This document shows, piece after piece, positions 1 through 12,675 of a stretch of DNA of 64,000 nucleotides. Source of the DNA: Mobula hypostoma (Eukaryota). The translations under genes and the position numbers were made by a program. The notes under the pieces are model-generated. The model saw nothing but the letters and a program-made list of their open reading frames with translations. It searched no databases and was not told the origin of the DNA. The stretch lies in NCBI RefSeq assembly GCF_963921235.1, contig NC_086097.1, forward strand, positions 20,214,001 to 20,278,000. The letters run 5' to 3'. Within the stretch, counting starts at the first letter, position 1. Every line of letters begins with the position of its first letter.

Positions 1-1125
1 CTGTCCCTTATAGCAGACAGTTTCATGGTTTGATTGTTGCTCACCAGTAACTTGGTCTCCACTTTACTCCCATCAGCCAACTCAATCTGCACCCATGGTT
101 TGCTGCCGGGCAACTGGTGGGGTTCAGGCCAGGTATACTTCACTGCTCTGCTCCTGTACAGCACGTGCACTCTGTCTAAGGAAAACAACACCCAGCTAAG
201 CAACGATCACTTCATCAGCCTTTCACTAGAACTTCACTGGCTGAATTGTAAAGAGTTCATCTTTGTGCTTGTTCAATGTCTCACCATCACAGTGGCCTTG
301 AACATAGCAGAACTTTGGGAATTCCATCCTACTAAGGGAACAGGCATGGGAACATGAAAGTTAAGTGAACACAGGGGTGGAACTTGTGAAGAGTGGTGAC
401 ATGATGATTGGCTCTGGTTCAGTGGCTTGAGATGATGCTATGTATTGGTCCACTTACTGCAGCACTTCATGTCAGGGGAGATGGCATAAAAATTGAGCAT
501 TGGGGGGCCATGGGGGTAGGTTTTTAGGGGGGCCTCACTGATGAGCTGGTTGTCAACAGCACCTAACAGATCAACAGAATGGAAGGTGTGTTGCAGTGAA
601 AGGGGCCCACACATACCTAGATAGGTATTTTAATGCTTGCTCTGTACTAACCTAATTGGAGTCTGTAGATAATTGGAGTTTGTGTCTTTCTGCTTATCAA
701 AGCCACATTCGACAGCCCCGTAATGGAACAAAACACTAGCTGCCCTGGACACCTACAGTTTGCCCTTTACAAGGGGTGGCTCTGTGACATTCAACCCAGC
801 CCCTCCCTGACTTCAAACCCCAATGTTCTGTGATGAACACCCCAAGGGAAGTAACACTTATTCTCATCAGAAACACATCAAGGCTCTGAGATCGAGTTTC
901 CAAACTCATGTCCCCTTGCACAAACAAGACCTGCCATTTGAAGATAGGCCTCAGTTTAATGTCTCACCCCAAAGATGAGGAGCAGGATGGTAAATGTAAC
1001 ACAAGGATTGCCTTATCAGGATCTTGGGAAACTAAGTGGTGAGTTCTAAGCTTATGAACACGTTAAGTCACTGAAACCTTCCCAACCCCTCACGTGAATG
1101 TCCTGAGTTCAAGCTTCACACCTAC

Positions 1126-1252
1126 CTGCAGTGGCTGCCAGCTGTTTTGACAAAGCCATTAATATCACATCGTTCTCAACAATGAAGCCCATGTCCTCTG
1201 ACAGGTCAACTTTATCGAAAGTGATCATTGCATCAGAGCACTCGTCCCAAAC
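1126..1252 (-). CDS. COQ6: COQ6 coding exon 4 (ubiquinone biosynthesis monooxygenase); gene continues beyond left edge
   Basis: Translates [42 protein letters not shown], matching the COQ6 VWD..S.A.I.FD....DMG.IVEND motif; cag acceptor, G|GTAGGT donor, 127 bp, phase 0 to 1. Confidence 0.93.
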
Positions 1253-1361
1253 CTGAAGGAAGAACGTCAGAATTTCAAACTCACCACAGCTAACAATCAA
1301 GCAAGAGGCGCAGCACAAACTGAACATCTGAGAAAGGTACAAGGAACCTATACAAACCTTA

Positions 1362-1973
1362 TGTAATGCCTTGGTTCTTTTTTTTTCCTGTTATGCTGTA
1401 CATATTTCATTTAGCAGTTCTGTAAGAGTAGTCTGCTCTGCTTTCAGCTTGGTTGGGTTATTGTTGAAGATAAGGGATGATGAGGAATGTGTCCCAACCA
1501 ATTAGGATGGGAAAACTGAGGGGAGGTTTTTCCTGGTGAGGGACACTAAGGTTGGGCTTGGGGCTTTTGTTCGGGGGAGGTGAAGAGAGAAGACACTGGA
1601 GAGAATAGGTTGTAGGATTCGATCCGGAGCGGAATTCGATGAAGCCGGGGCAATGACCACTTGAGGATCGGTGAATATGGCGAAATGTTGAGCTCCAACT
1701 TGTGCACATTTGACTGTTTAATTAAAATGGGCCCTTTTCTTTTAGTTTTTCTTTACTAACCCTTTGGTTAAGATTCATAAATATAATTCCTTTAATTGTA
1801 TGTAGTGTACTGTCTGTCATTTTGTGGCATCAATTTGTAACAGGGTAGCAAATTACACAGAATCTGCACAAACCAGGGCCTGGGGTGGAATAACCGACTC
1901 AATCTCACAAGTTCGGCGGGACCGGAGAGTGTCTTCCCTGGACTTATACAGCCAAGAAACCAGAGGGTTTTCA
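1362..1973. mobile_element. Solo LTR inserted in an old CR1 fragment
   Basis: TG...CA termini with 4 bp direct repeat CTTA (1358-1361, 1974-1977); flanks rejoin into CR1 ORF2-like sequence (LYKTLV.PQLE.C..F.SP). Confidence 0.7.
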
Positions 1974-2211
1974 CTTACAAAACTTGTCAGCCTCAGCTGG
2001 AACACTGCATAATTCTGTTCACCATGGAACAAGCATGTTATGGTGCTAGCATGGGTTCAAAGGCAACTAGAAAATTTTAGATAACTGAAAAAAATAAGAT
2101 TATTTTCACTAGAAATCCCCAGGGAGTGGGGGTGCGTGGTTTCACCAGTGTATACAATTATGAGAGACCTCATTAAAGTGGATGTGAAAGACCACTGATC
2201 TTTACAGAGTT

Positions 2212-2604
2212 CATAGTCATACTTTATTGATCCCGGGGGAAATTGGTTTTCATTACAGTTGCACCATAAATAATAAATAGTAATAGAACCATAAATAGTT
2301 AAATAGTAATATGAAAATTATGCCAGGAAATTATGAAATAAGTCCAGGACCAGCCTATTGGTTCAGGATGTCTGACCCTCCAAGGGAGGAGTTGTAAAGT
2401 TTGATGGCCACAGGCAGGAATGACTTCCTATGATGCTCTGTGCTGCATCTCGGTGGAATGAGTCTCTGGCTGAATGTACTCCTGTGCCCAACCAGTACAT
2501 TATGTAGTGGATGGGAGACATTGTCCAAGATGGCATGCAACTTAGACAGCATCCTCTTTTCAGACACCACCGTCAGAGAGTCCAGTTCCATCCCCACAAC
2601 ATCA
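2212..2604 (-). mobile_element. Rex1/Babar-type LINE 3' end
   Basis: C-terminal peptide SHPLH...STFSQRL..PRC.TE..RKSFLP.AIKLYN; 3' end AATTTCCCCCGGGATCAATAAAG plus (ATGACT)n tail. Confidence 0.75.
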
Positions 2605-3739
2605 GTAACCAAAGAACACAGAAATAGGATTATTGCAAGATGATTAAAGACTGATAACTATTTTGTCCGTATTTGGAGAATAATGGGGTCCATAACTCAC
2701 TGCTTGAAAGAATGGCAGAGACAGAAACAATTTTAAAAATACCCAGACAGTTCAAAGCACATTGACTGTCAAAGTATGTACACTGTATACAACCTTAAGA
2801 TTTGTCTTCTGGCAAGCAGCCACAAAACAAAAACCCCCACAAAGACCATCAAGCACTCAATATGCTAAACAAAGAACAAATGGTGCAAACAAGTAAAACA
2901 GTAAACAAATAACACACAGGAGATAAACCAGAGTCCCAGAGGGTGAGACCACAGCCAGAGCCCATTCTGTGCTCAGGCGAGTGAAATCAGTCCAGGGGCC
3001 TGATGGCTGCAGGCTGCAGGCCACAGCTGCAAGGTCAGTTCAGTACTGAAGCAAGAGAACCTCAGAGTAGTGAGCTGAACAACTATTCATCCTTCACCTT
3101 CAGCCTTACCGCCTTGATCAAATTGTGCAAACAGTAAAAATAACAAAAACACAAGGAACATGAACTGTTGAGTCCATAGCTGCAGGGCCTGTTCAGCACT
3201 AGCTAAGGAGAGTAAAGCCCATTCAGGAACCCAAATCGGGCATTAACTACTCCCGAATCAAGACTCTTGCATCTCCTGCCTGACGGTAGTTGGGAGAGGG
3301 AGACCACTCAAACACAGGCCAACTGCACTGAACACTTGTTCGTTTTCTGCTCTCGTCCTCAATTATCTTAACCTTGGTTGATGCTTTAAATTGGCATGGA
3401 GTAATGGAGACGACCACAGGCCTGTCTTCCGCCAAAAGGTCTCGACGCAGTGCCCACGCCCAGTGATGGCTGACCCGGCCACACCTGCACACTGGAGAGC
3501 CTAAATCATCGAACCCCCTGGCAATCACAAAAGTGCCAGATCATTTAGTCAGTTCAAAAGTACATCTTTAAAAGGGAAATTACAGGCTGCAGACTGCAGC
3601 GATAGCAGTACAGGAGAAGTATATCTACCAGAGCATCTAATAATTTTGTGAGTTGTTGGCAAAACTTCGCCGTTCGTCGCTGGCGTCATCTTGAATAAGC
3701 ACTTTGCTTGCATACCATTCACTTATCCAGTGAAAGGTA

Positions 3740-4560
3740 GTCGTAATAAGCCAGGAAATTAAAGCCACTGATTCTCACATCAGAACTTTTTCCAATAATT
3801 TCCTCACTATTAAAGAGATAGGATTTATGTTCACTCGGAAAGGTTGGGACTGACTAGTGGAGTTAGCATGGTTTTGTACAGGTGAAATCCTGTCTCAGAT
3901 CTGAGAATTTTTTCTTGAAGACGTAACTAAGAAAATTTATGAAAAAATAGCCCTTAACGAAGTCCCACTTGATAGACATGTCCAGAAGTTAAAGTCCTGA
4001 GATCCAAAATTAATTGTGATAGGAGGCAGAGGGTAGTGATGCATCTCAGGAATCAGTTTGTCATACAGAACATATGGATACAAGAAATATGATTAGTAAG
4101 TCTGCTGACTACATGAAATTGGTGGAGTCATAGATCGTGAAAAAAAGATGTCTAAAGATACAACAGGACACCGATCGGCTGTGGAGTTAAGTAAAGCACT
4201 GTCAGACGAGTGTGAAATAATACATTTTGGGGTTGCAACTGCTGGCAGGACATACAGTAAATGCCAAAATTCCTGAAAAAGGCAACACAAGATGTTAGGG
4301 TAGCAAAAAAAAGGCATTTGACAGAGTTAGATGTCAAACTGTAGCTGCACAAGACATTGGTTAGGCCATATTGTGTACAGTTCTTGTCACACTACAAGGT
4401 AGGGTGTGGCACTTTAGAGAGTGCAGAAAATTCACCGAGATGTTGCTGGAATGGATGACCCGAGTCGCAAACAAATTGGACAGGCTGAATTTATTCTCAC
4501 TGGAGCCAAGGCAGCCGAGGAAGGGTTTATAAGATTATGAGAGGCACAGGGAGGGTAGGT
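3740..4560 (+). mobile_element. Highly degraded CR1 ORF2 fragment
   Basis: Remnants of the NYRP.SLTS, QHGF..G.SCL and LY.TLVRP..YCVQF motifs with many indels. Confidence 0.6.
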
Positions 4561-4704
4561 AGTTGATTCAGATTCCTTTATCATTTGTCAAGTCAAGGCC
4601 AAGTTTATGGTAATTTAACTATATGTATATAACCATATAATGTATATAGAAACACAGTTAAGATTTGGGGAGGAGGAGCCTTGTTTGCCTCAATCTTCTT
4701 AGGA

Positions 4705-5192
4705 AGATTGATTCCTGGGATGGCAGGTCTTTCATATGAAGAAAGACTGGATGAACTGGGCTTGTATTCGTTGGAATTTAGAAGATTGAGGGGGGATCTG
4801 ATTGAAACGTATAAGATCCTAAAGGGATTGGACAGGCTAGATGCGGGAAGATTGTTCCCGATGTTGGGGAGGTCTAGAACGAGGGGTCACAGTTTGAGGA
4901 TAGAGGGGAAGCCTTTTAGGACCGAGGTTAGGAAAAACTTCTTCACACAGAGAGTGGTGAATCTGTGGAATTCTCTGCCACAGCAAACTGTTGAGGCCAG
5001 TTCATTAGCTATGTTTAAAAGGAAGTTAGATATGGCCCTTGTGGCTACAGGGGTCAGGGGGTATGGAGGGAAGGCTGGGTTCTGAGTTGGATGATCAGCC
5101 ATGATCATAATAAATGGCGGTGCAGGCTCGAAGGGCCGATTGGCCTACTCCTGCACCTATTTTCTATGTTTCTATGTTTCTATGTTTCTATG
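4705..5192 (+). mobile_element. Young 5'-truncated CR1 LINE 3' end
   Basis: ORF2 C-terminus (LSYEERL..LGLYSLEFRRLRGDLIETYKI...TRGH...FFTQRVVNLWNSLP), 3' UTR and (TTTCTATG)n tail. Confidence 0.92.
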
Positions 5193-5505
5193 AAATGGAG
5201 GTACTGCTGTGCCTTCTTGTTCAAGGAGCCAGGTGAGGTCGTCTGTGATATGAACTCCGAGGAACTTGGTGGACTAACTCTCTCTACAGAGGAGGATAGC
5301 TCGTCTGCACCATCCACAAAGATCAGTAGAGACAAGCTGAGCCAAAGGGCTCTTTTCTGTGCACACAATACAAACAAAACGCAGCTGATCAAGCAGATCA
5401 AAGGACTCTAGAAGTACATGCTGACGATTCAGGTTGAGACCTGCATCGGGGTTGAAAGAGAAAAGGTTGCCAGTATGAAAGAGTAATGAGAGACTGGTAG
5501 GTGAT

Positions 5506-5725
5506 TTATTTATTTAGTGATACAGCACTGAGTAGACCCTTCCGGTCCTTCGAACCACAGCACCCCAGCAGCCCCACAACCTGATTAACCCTGACCGAAC
5601 CACCGGACAATATAGAATGTCCAACTATCCTACCCAGTACATCTTTGGACTGCGCAAGGGAATCAGAGCACACGGGAAAACCCATGAATTCCACGGGGAG
5701 GACATACAAAAACTCCTTACTCCTA
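5506..5725 (-). mobile_element. V-domain SINE
   Basis: Reverse complement carries a V-domain-like CTCCCCGTG...GGGTTT...CCAAAGA.GT sequence and an (AAAT)n tail. Confidence 0.6.
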
Positions 5726-6321
5726 GGTGGAATCAGGTGGCGACGGGATGGGGACTGGTTTCTTATTGTCAGATTTACCAAGATTGTGAAAAGCTAGTCT
5801 TTCATACAGATCAAATCATTACACAGTGCATAAAGCATGAATAAGGTAAAACAATAATAATGCAGTAAAGCATAAAAGCTACCAAAAAAGTGCAGTGCAG
5901 GTAAACAGTAAAGCACTGTAGACCAGGAGGTCAAAAGTCCATCTTATCATACAAGGGAAACCATTCAATAGTCTTAACAGAAGTGGTCGTTGAATCTGGT
6001 GATACGTGCTTTCAGGCTTCAGCATCTTCTCCCTGATGGGAGATGGACTCTTGACCTCACAATCTTCCTTGTTATGACCTTGCACCTTACTGTCTATGTG
6101 CTCTGTAACTGTAACACTTTATTCTACATTCTGCTACTGTTTTACCTTGTATTACCTCAACATACTTTGTAATGATCTGTATGAATTGCACAAAAATGAA
6201 ATTTTTCACTACACCTCAGTGTGCGTGACAATAATAAACCAATTCAAATCCACCTTGACTGGCACTGTAAAGTCAGCACAGACACTTGAAGTTTATGCTG
6301 GGGTTTCAGGAACGGGACTTT

Positions 6322-6610
6322 ATTTGTTTATTTATTTGTTTCTTTACAGATACAGGCAAAACAGGCCCTTGTAGCCCACTAAGCTAAGCCATCCAGCAAC
6401 CCACCGATTTAACCCTTGCCTAGTCACAAGACAATTATCAATTAACCTACGAACCAGGTCTTTGGACTTTGCGAGGAAATCAGAGCACCCGGAGGAAACC
6501 CACAAGTACACAAGACTATCGTACAAACTTTCTTATGGAGGACACTGGAATTGAACACTAAACTCTGATCCCTGAGCTATAATAGTGTCATGCTAACCGC
6601 TATGCTATCG
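6322..6610 (-). mobile_element. tRNA-derived V-domain SINE (HE1-like)
   Basis: Minus strand has A-box and B-box-like (GTTCAATTCC) sequence followed by GTGGGTTTCCTCCGGGTGCTC...CAAAGTCCAAAGAC. Confidence 0.65.
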
Positions 6611-7399
6611 CTGAAACCACCCAGTTTCGTGACTAAAAAGGTGGAAGTCCTACAACATGAGCCACAGCTGATGTGTGAATGTTTGAGTTATTTACTCACC
6701 AAACTGTGGAATGAACTACACAAAGAAAAACACATTAGCAATCTCTCTCCTCCACCTTAGGTTACTGATCTTGCTGCATTATTTATGCCAATCAACCCAG
6801 AAAATTGTGCAAGCGGTTTTTCCCCACAAAACCCAAAACCTTCCTCAAAGACCAAAGAGGGGTTTTTGGCCAACATTAATCAGAAACACAAAAATTTCAG
6901 ATACAAGAGAAGAAAGGTCATCTGTAGTACTGCACACACCACTCCAGAAGAGCTATTCCCTCAAAAAAAGCAATTGAATCATGGGGTACACAGCTCAGAC
7001 TCCCAATGGACAAAATACCTACAAGTCACTGCTCAAGGTGAAATTTAACCTTAAACAAAGCACATAAATAATAGAATGATTAAATAATCTCATGAAAGGA
7101 TAAAATTCACTTTTCAAATTCATGGGATGTTGTCAAAACAATTATTTTTATTGTCTAACCACAAGTGAATTTCAACGAAGTGATTTGCTCCGCCATTTAA
7201 GGATGAATTCAGGGTCATCCACAGTGCTATGTTACAAACGTCAGACAGACCCAAACCTCCTTCCCTGAAGAACAAGTGAGGTGTGGAGATTTTTATGATA
7301 ATCCAGTGGTTTCAAAGTCACAATGCGGATTTGAATGTGTCAGAGGATGATCAATCCATTTACTAGCCTGATAACAATAGCAGTATAAACACAAGAAAT

Positions 7400-7545
7400 C
7401 CAGAATAACACCCACAAAATGCTAAAGGAACTCAGCAGGGTAGGCAGTACCTATGGAAAGATTCTTGGCCTGAATTGATGACTCTTTATTCTTTTCCACA
7501 GATGCCGCCTGACCTTCTGAGTTCTTTCAGCATTTTGTGTGCATT
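7400..7545. mobile_element. Short foldback element derived from the Penelope-like terminal region
   Basis: CACAAAATGCTAAAGGAACTCAGCAGG ... CCTTCTGAGTTCTTTCAGCATTTTGTG inverted arms; same family as the 45750 and 28580 copies. Confidence 0.65.
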
Positions 7546-7568
7546 AACATCACCATATTTGAACCTAC

Positions 7569-7627
7569 CTGCATCCTTTTGAATGGCTTGTATCTCATGT
7601 TGCAAATATGATCCCAAACTCCAAGAC
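7569..7627 (-). CDS. COQ6: COQ6 coding exon 3
   Basis: 59 bp, tag|GT CTT GGA GTT TGG GAT CAT ATT TGC AAC ATG AGA TAC AAG CCA TTC AAA AGG ATG CAG|GTAGGT = (R)[19 protein letters not shown]; phases fit exons 2 and 4. Confidence 0.93.
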
Positions 7628-8381
7628 CTACAAGAAGTGAAAGTGATTAAAATGTAAAGTTGAAAGAGACCAATATAATAGATGCAGTTAAGCACAGTCT
7701 ACAAAGGAAATTGTATTATTGGGAAGTAAAACATTTAAGTTAAAATTTAAAGAATGAACTAAAACACATGCAGAAACTAAGTCTCTCATCCCCTTGCCCT
7801 CAATTTACACACAAAACAATCCTTCTTATCCTTGTTTTCAAATCCCTACATGGCCCTTAACTCTGCAAACTCATCAGAACTACAAGCTTTGGTGTCAGTT
7901 CATGGCAGCCTTACAGTATTGAAACAGCAATCTTACTGCAAAATGCTCAGTGTGGAGTGAACCGCCAAGGCAAGGTGTACGCAGTGGCTGCCTGTGCTGG
8001 ATCAACAGCAGCGGGCAGTGATTTGCACTAAGTTTCCTGGCACAGCAGCTCAAAGCCTGAGTAGATGCCTTTAAGGTATTTATGCATCCGTGAAATGTTT
8101 ATACTGCAGGACCAGGAAAACTCTGGAGAAGAGGACCAAGCATGATACCAGAGTACTGGGCCCCAGTGTCAGCTAAGGAAGATGAAGAGTCCAGCCTCCA
8201 ACCATACGGGCAGCACAAAACATATAGTCTAACCCATATGCATACTTCAACTGCATGGATTAATTCAACTACTCCAGTCAGTACTTCTGCAAATAAATAA
8301 TTCCAGTAAATGTAAAATAAAAGCAAACTACTAGAAAGACTGAACAGGTCAGGCAGCATTTGATCAGTACAGAGGTTGGTC

Positions 8382-9309
8382 AGTAACACGAAGCTGGGTG
8401 GCAGTGTTAGCAGTGAGGAGGATGCTAAGAGGATGCAGGGTGACTTGGATAGGTTGGGTGAGTGGGCAAACTCATGGCAGATGCAATTTAATGTGGATAA
8501 ATGTGAAGTTATCCACTTTGGTGGCAAAAATAGGAAAACAGATTATTATCTGAATGGTGGCCGATTAGGAAAAGGGGAGGTGCAACGAGACCTGGGTGTC
8601 ATTATACACCAGTCATTGAAAGTGGGCATGCAGGTACAGCAGGCGGTGAAAAAGGCGAACGGTATGCTGGCATTTATAGCGAGAGGATTCGAGTACAGGA
8701 GCAGGGAGGTACTACTGCAGTTGTACAAGGCCTTGGTGAGACCACACCTGGAGTATTGTGTGCAGTTTTGGTCCCCTAATCTGAGGAAAGACATCTTTGC
8801 CATAGAGGGAGTACAAAGAAGGTTCACCAGATTGATTCCTGGGATGGCAGGTCTTTCATATGAAGAAAGACTGGATGAACTGGGCTTGTACTCGTTGGAA
8901 TTTAGAAGATTGAGGGGGGATCTGATTGAAACGTATAAGATCCTAAAGGGATTGGACAGGCTAGATGCGGGAAGATTGTTCCCGATGTTGGGGAGGTCCA
9001 GAACGAGGGGTCACAGTTTGAGGATAGAGGGGAAGCCTTTTAGGACCGAGATTAGGAAAAACTTCTTCACACAGAGAGTGGTGAATCTGTGGAATTCTCT
9101 GCCACAGCAAACTGTTGAGGCCAGTTCATTAGCTATGTTTAAAAGGAAGTTAGATATGGCCCTTGTGGCTACAGGGGTCAGGGGGTATGGAGGGAAGGCT
9201 GGGTTCTGAGTTGGATGATCAACCATGATCATAATAAATGGCGGTGCAGGCTCGAAGGGCCGAATGGCCTACTCCTGCACCTATTTTCTATGTTTCTATG
9301 TTTCTATGT
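8382..9309 (+). mobile_element. Young 5'-truncated CR1 LINE with an uninterrupted ORF2 C-terminus
   Basis: About 270 open codons (TKLGG...QGDLDRL.EWA..WQMQFNVDKC...RPHLEYCVQFWSP...) and (TTTCTATG)n tail; splits a Penelope-derived foldback remnant (about 8320-8375 and 9310-9390). Confidence 0.93.
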
Positions 9310-9446
9310 AACCTTAAAATATCAACTGCTTCGCCGTTGATAGTTTCAGACCTGCTGAGTGTTCTCAGCACTGTTTAGTTCAGATTTTCAGTATCGCTTT
9401 TTCTTTGCTTTTTGAACAAAAACTCAACAGAATAACAGGGACTTAC

Positions 9447-9581
9447 GGTCCAAGAAAGCTGCAGAGCCTGGAGTAAGGGCACTCACTCGATTACTGTGTA
9501 GTTCTGGCAGCTTTCCATCTGCTTTCTTATTTGCAGCCTCCAGTAGAAGGATCCTTTTCTCAGACAGATTTGGATCATCAG
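9447..9581 (-). CDS. COQ6: COQ6 coding exon 2
   Basis: 135 bp, aag acceptor, C|GTAAGT donor; (A)DDPNLSEKRILLLEAANKKADGKLPELHSNRVSALTPGSAAFLD with the ILLLEA and SNRVS motifs. Confidence 0.93.
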
Positions 9582-10034
9582 CTTCAGAAGGAAAAAGGTG
9601 GGAATTTCACTTCATTTGATCACAAGTACTGGCAGTGTTGCAAAGATACAGACAAAATGCAATCACTTTTAGAAAGTAGTAAGTTTTCTAAAAAAAAGTT
9701 CCCAAAATAAATCAATCAATAGGCTATAGAAAAAATTCTGAACATATTAATCCAAGACATAGGAATAAACATTAGAAAAAGGAGCTAATAATATATTTAT
9801 ACTCTATTCTTGGTGCAACTGTAACGAAACCTAATTTCCCTCGGGATCAATAAAGTATGTCTATCTATCTATCTAAAGGTTCAGTGTGGAAGGAAGTTCC
9901 TCCAGCATTTGGTGAGTGTTGCTCACAAAGTTTAAATCCTCACTTCAATGGGAGTTCAGTGAGACCCTCTCTCACTGCTTCCCTTCTGTGATCACTGCTG
10001 TCTCCGCTCTTCAGCCATGTGCTCACCTATTCAC

Positions 10035-10570
10035 TCTATTGGTGAAAGAGCTGCAAGGCTGGAGAAGGAGGAATCTGATATGAGAGGACAGAAGGCCATG
10101 GAAGAAAGGGGTGAGGAGCACCGGAGGAAGGTGATGGGCAGGCAAGGAGATAAGGTGAGAGAGGGAAATGGAAATGGGGAATGGTGGGGGCGGGGGGGAC
10201 ATTACCAGAAGTTTGAGAAATCAATGCTCAAGCTATCAGGCTGGAGCCTACCCAGGCAGAATATAAGGTGTTGCTCCTCCATCCCGAGTGTGGCCTCATC
10301 GCGACAGCAGAGGAGACCACGGACTGGCATGTCGAAATGAGAATGGGAAGCGGAATCAAACTGGGTGGCCAGTGGGAGATCCCACTCTTTCTGGCAGACG
10401 GAGTGCGGGTGCTCAGCGAAGCGGTCTCCCAATCATATCGGGCCTCACTGATGTACAGGAGATAGCACCAGATACAGTACATGACCCCAACAGACTCACT
10501 GGTGAAGGGTCACCTCACCTGCAAGGACCATTTCTGGCCCTGAATGGCAATGACGAAGGAGGCGCTGGGT
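10035..10570 (-). mobile_element. Penelope-like element fragment (GIY-YIG endonuclease C-terminus)
   Basis: YCIWC.LLYISE and GDRFAEH..SV...HF....HSH.DM.V.GLL.C.DEAT..EEQHLIF.LG.LQPD...IDFSNF. Confidence 0.8.
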
Positions 10571-10984
10571 GAGAGTGTTCTGAAATCCATCTGCCACTCC
10601 CCAGCCCACTTTAAGATCCCCTTGTAATCTACAATAACGTTCACTATCAACATCTAATTTCATCACAACCCAACCACAAGCTTACTGATCAAGCCTTGTG
10701 GATTTGCATCCAGGTCATTTACATAAATAACATAATCAGGGTCCCAACAGCAATCCCTGATGCTCTCATCCCTGCATTTTTCTTCAGAATCTCCTCACTA
10801 CTCCATTTCAGCAACACACTAATTTCTTAATGCTCCTCTTTTCCACCTTCCCAGCAAGCATCACCCACTGTTCAGAAGCCCGTTCCTACAGTCCCACCAC
10901 CTCACACATAAACCTCCTCCCAACTCCATCTTACACCCACCACCCAAACTCAAAACCCCTCTCACACATACACCACACCTACCA

Positions 10985-12202
10985 TGATGGTTGCTTTGAG
11001 AGACTGACCATGGCTATAATTAACTCCTGCTTAAGGACCCGGAGCTGCTGTGGTTTGCCTTCCATCACAATAGATCTACAGCAGATGCAATCTCACATGC
11101 TCTCCACATGGCTGCGGACCACCTGGACAACAGCAATACAGATGCAAGGCTGCTGTTTATTAATTACACCTTGGCATTCAACCCAATCATTCCCACAGTA
11201 CTAATCAATAAGCTTCAAAAGCTGGGCACCTGTACCCCTTTCTGCAACTGGATCCTTGACTTCTTCACCGGGAGACCACAGTGAGGGCAGATCAGAAATA
11301 GCGTCTCCTCCTTGCTGACAATCAGCACTGGCACAGCTCAAGGATGTATGCTTAGCCTACTGATTTACTCTGTCTAGGCACAGCGCAAACAGCCTCTAAA
11401 CATTCACCGTTAACATAACAGTTGTAGGCAGAACCTCAGAGGCGTATAGGAGTGAGATACTGTACATCAGCTGGTTGAGCGCTGTTGTGACAACAACCTT
11501 GCATGTTGCTCTGGATTTCCAACATCTGAGGGATCCCTGGTGTAACTGATCACAGACTTCAGGAAGGGGAAGTCAAGGGCACACAGACCAGTACTTATCA
11601 AGGGGTCAGCAGTGGAAAGGGCAAGCTCATGGGTGTCAACATCTCAGAAGATCTATCCTGGGCCCAATATATTAATGAAATTTCAAAAGTGGACATATCA
11701 GCAGCTATATTTCAATCTGAGTTTGAGATTTGGTATGTCACTAAAGATGAGCAAATTTCAGCAGATTTACCTTGGAGAGCATTCTAACTGGTTGCAGCAC
11801 CATCTGGTATGGAGAAGCCACCGCACAAGAGGAGAAAAAGCTGCACTGGGTTGTAAATTCAGCTAGCTTCATCATAGGCACTAGCCTCCCTAGCATCAAG
11901 AATATCTTCAAAGGGCAATCCGTCAAATCGGGCAGCATCCATCACCCAGGACATACCTTCTTCTCGTTGCTACCATCGAAGAGAAGGTACAAAAGCCTGA
12001 AAACTCACATTGAACTTTTTAAAAACAGCTTCTGCCCCTTCGCTATTGGATTTCTGAACTGACAAAGAACCCATGAACACTGCCTTACAATTTCTTGCTC
12101 TCTTCTTGCGCTACTTATTTAATTTTCTTACATATTTGCAATCACAATTTATAGTATGTTTATATTTCACAACATAGGTCAGTGATAATGAATCTGATTC
12201 TG
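10985..12202 (+). mobile_element. Degraded Rex1/Babar-type LINE (RT to 3' end)
   Basis: CFERL, NRSTADAIS, AFN.IIP, CNWILDF.TGRPQ, STG.AQGC.LS.L motifs; C-terminal HHPGH..FSLLPS.RRY; (TGATTC)n-like tail. Confidence 0.8.
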
Positions 12203-12245
12203 AACCCTCCCTCTCACACATAGCAACCGTCCTTCCTAAACTCAC

Positions 12246-12249
<4 letters not shown>

Positions 12250-12284
<35 letters not shown>
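12250..12284. repeat. (CA)n microsatellite in COQ6 intron 1
   Basis: Uninterrupted AC dinucleotide run. Confidence 0.95.
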
Positions 12285-12288
<4 letters not shown>

Positions 12289-12359
12289 CTCACTGCCACC
12301 CCTCCGCCAGGCTGTGGAAAGGCGGCCTGTCTCAGTCCCGCGTCCGGGCCCACACTTAC

Positions 12360-12555
12360 CCAGAGCGCAGGCCATCGCCGTGCCGACCATCCCGCCGCCG
12401 GAGATCACCACATCGTACAGATCCGGGGGCCCTGAATCGTGCTGCTCGCGGGCGGACGAACAGTGCCTACAGGCGCTACTCGCCAGCAACCAGCCCCGGG
12501 CCCGGCCCTGAGCACGGAAGCCGCACAGAAGCCCAACTCCCCACCACCCAAACAT
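12360..12555 (-). CDS. COQ6: COQ6 coding exon 1: putative mitochondrial presequence plus FAD-binding Rossmann motif
   Basis: ATG at 12555; Arg/Ser/Ala-rich N-terminus, then YDVVISGGGMVGTAMACAL (GxGxxG); G|GTAAGT donor; 196 bp, phase 1; GC-rich. Confidence 0.92.
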
Positions 12556-12599
12556 AACAGCTAAATGGCCAAGGAGGGATCACCTTCGACACATAAGGG

Positions 12600-12675
12600 C
12601 AGGCCACACATAACATCCGGTGAAAAGCACTCAGCCAATCGGGACACAACGCGGCTGAATTCACTTCCGGCCCAG
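12600..12675 (-). promoter_or_regulatory. COQ6 proximal promoter with CCAAT box and ETS/GABP-type sites
   Basis: AGCCAATCGG around 12633-12642; CACTTCCGG (CCGGAAGTG on minus) at 12662-12670; ACATCCGG at 12613-12620; CpG-rich and just upstream of the ATG. Confidence 0.6.

Noticed and set aside
34..357. 107 aa ORF at the window start
   Set aside because: Non-ATG start, no recognisable motif, antisense within a COQ6 intron; I found no COQ6 exon 5 in 1-1125
12214..12359. Extension of the COQ6 exon 1 ORF with a CVCVCV run
   Set aside because: Read-through past the GTAAGT donor into intron 1 and the CA microsatellite
12561..12611. Short upstream ORFs before the COQ6 ATG (minus strand)
   Set aside because: Transcription start unknown; they may lie upstream of it
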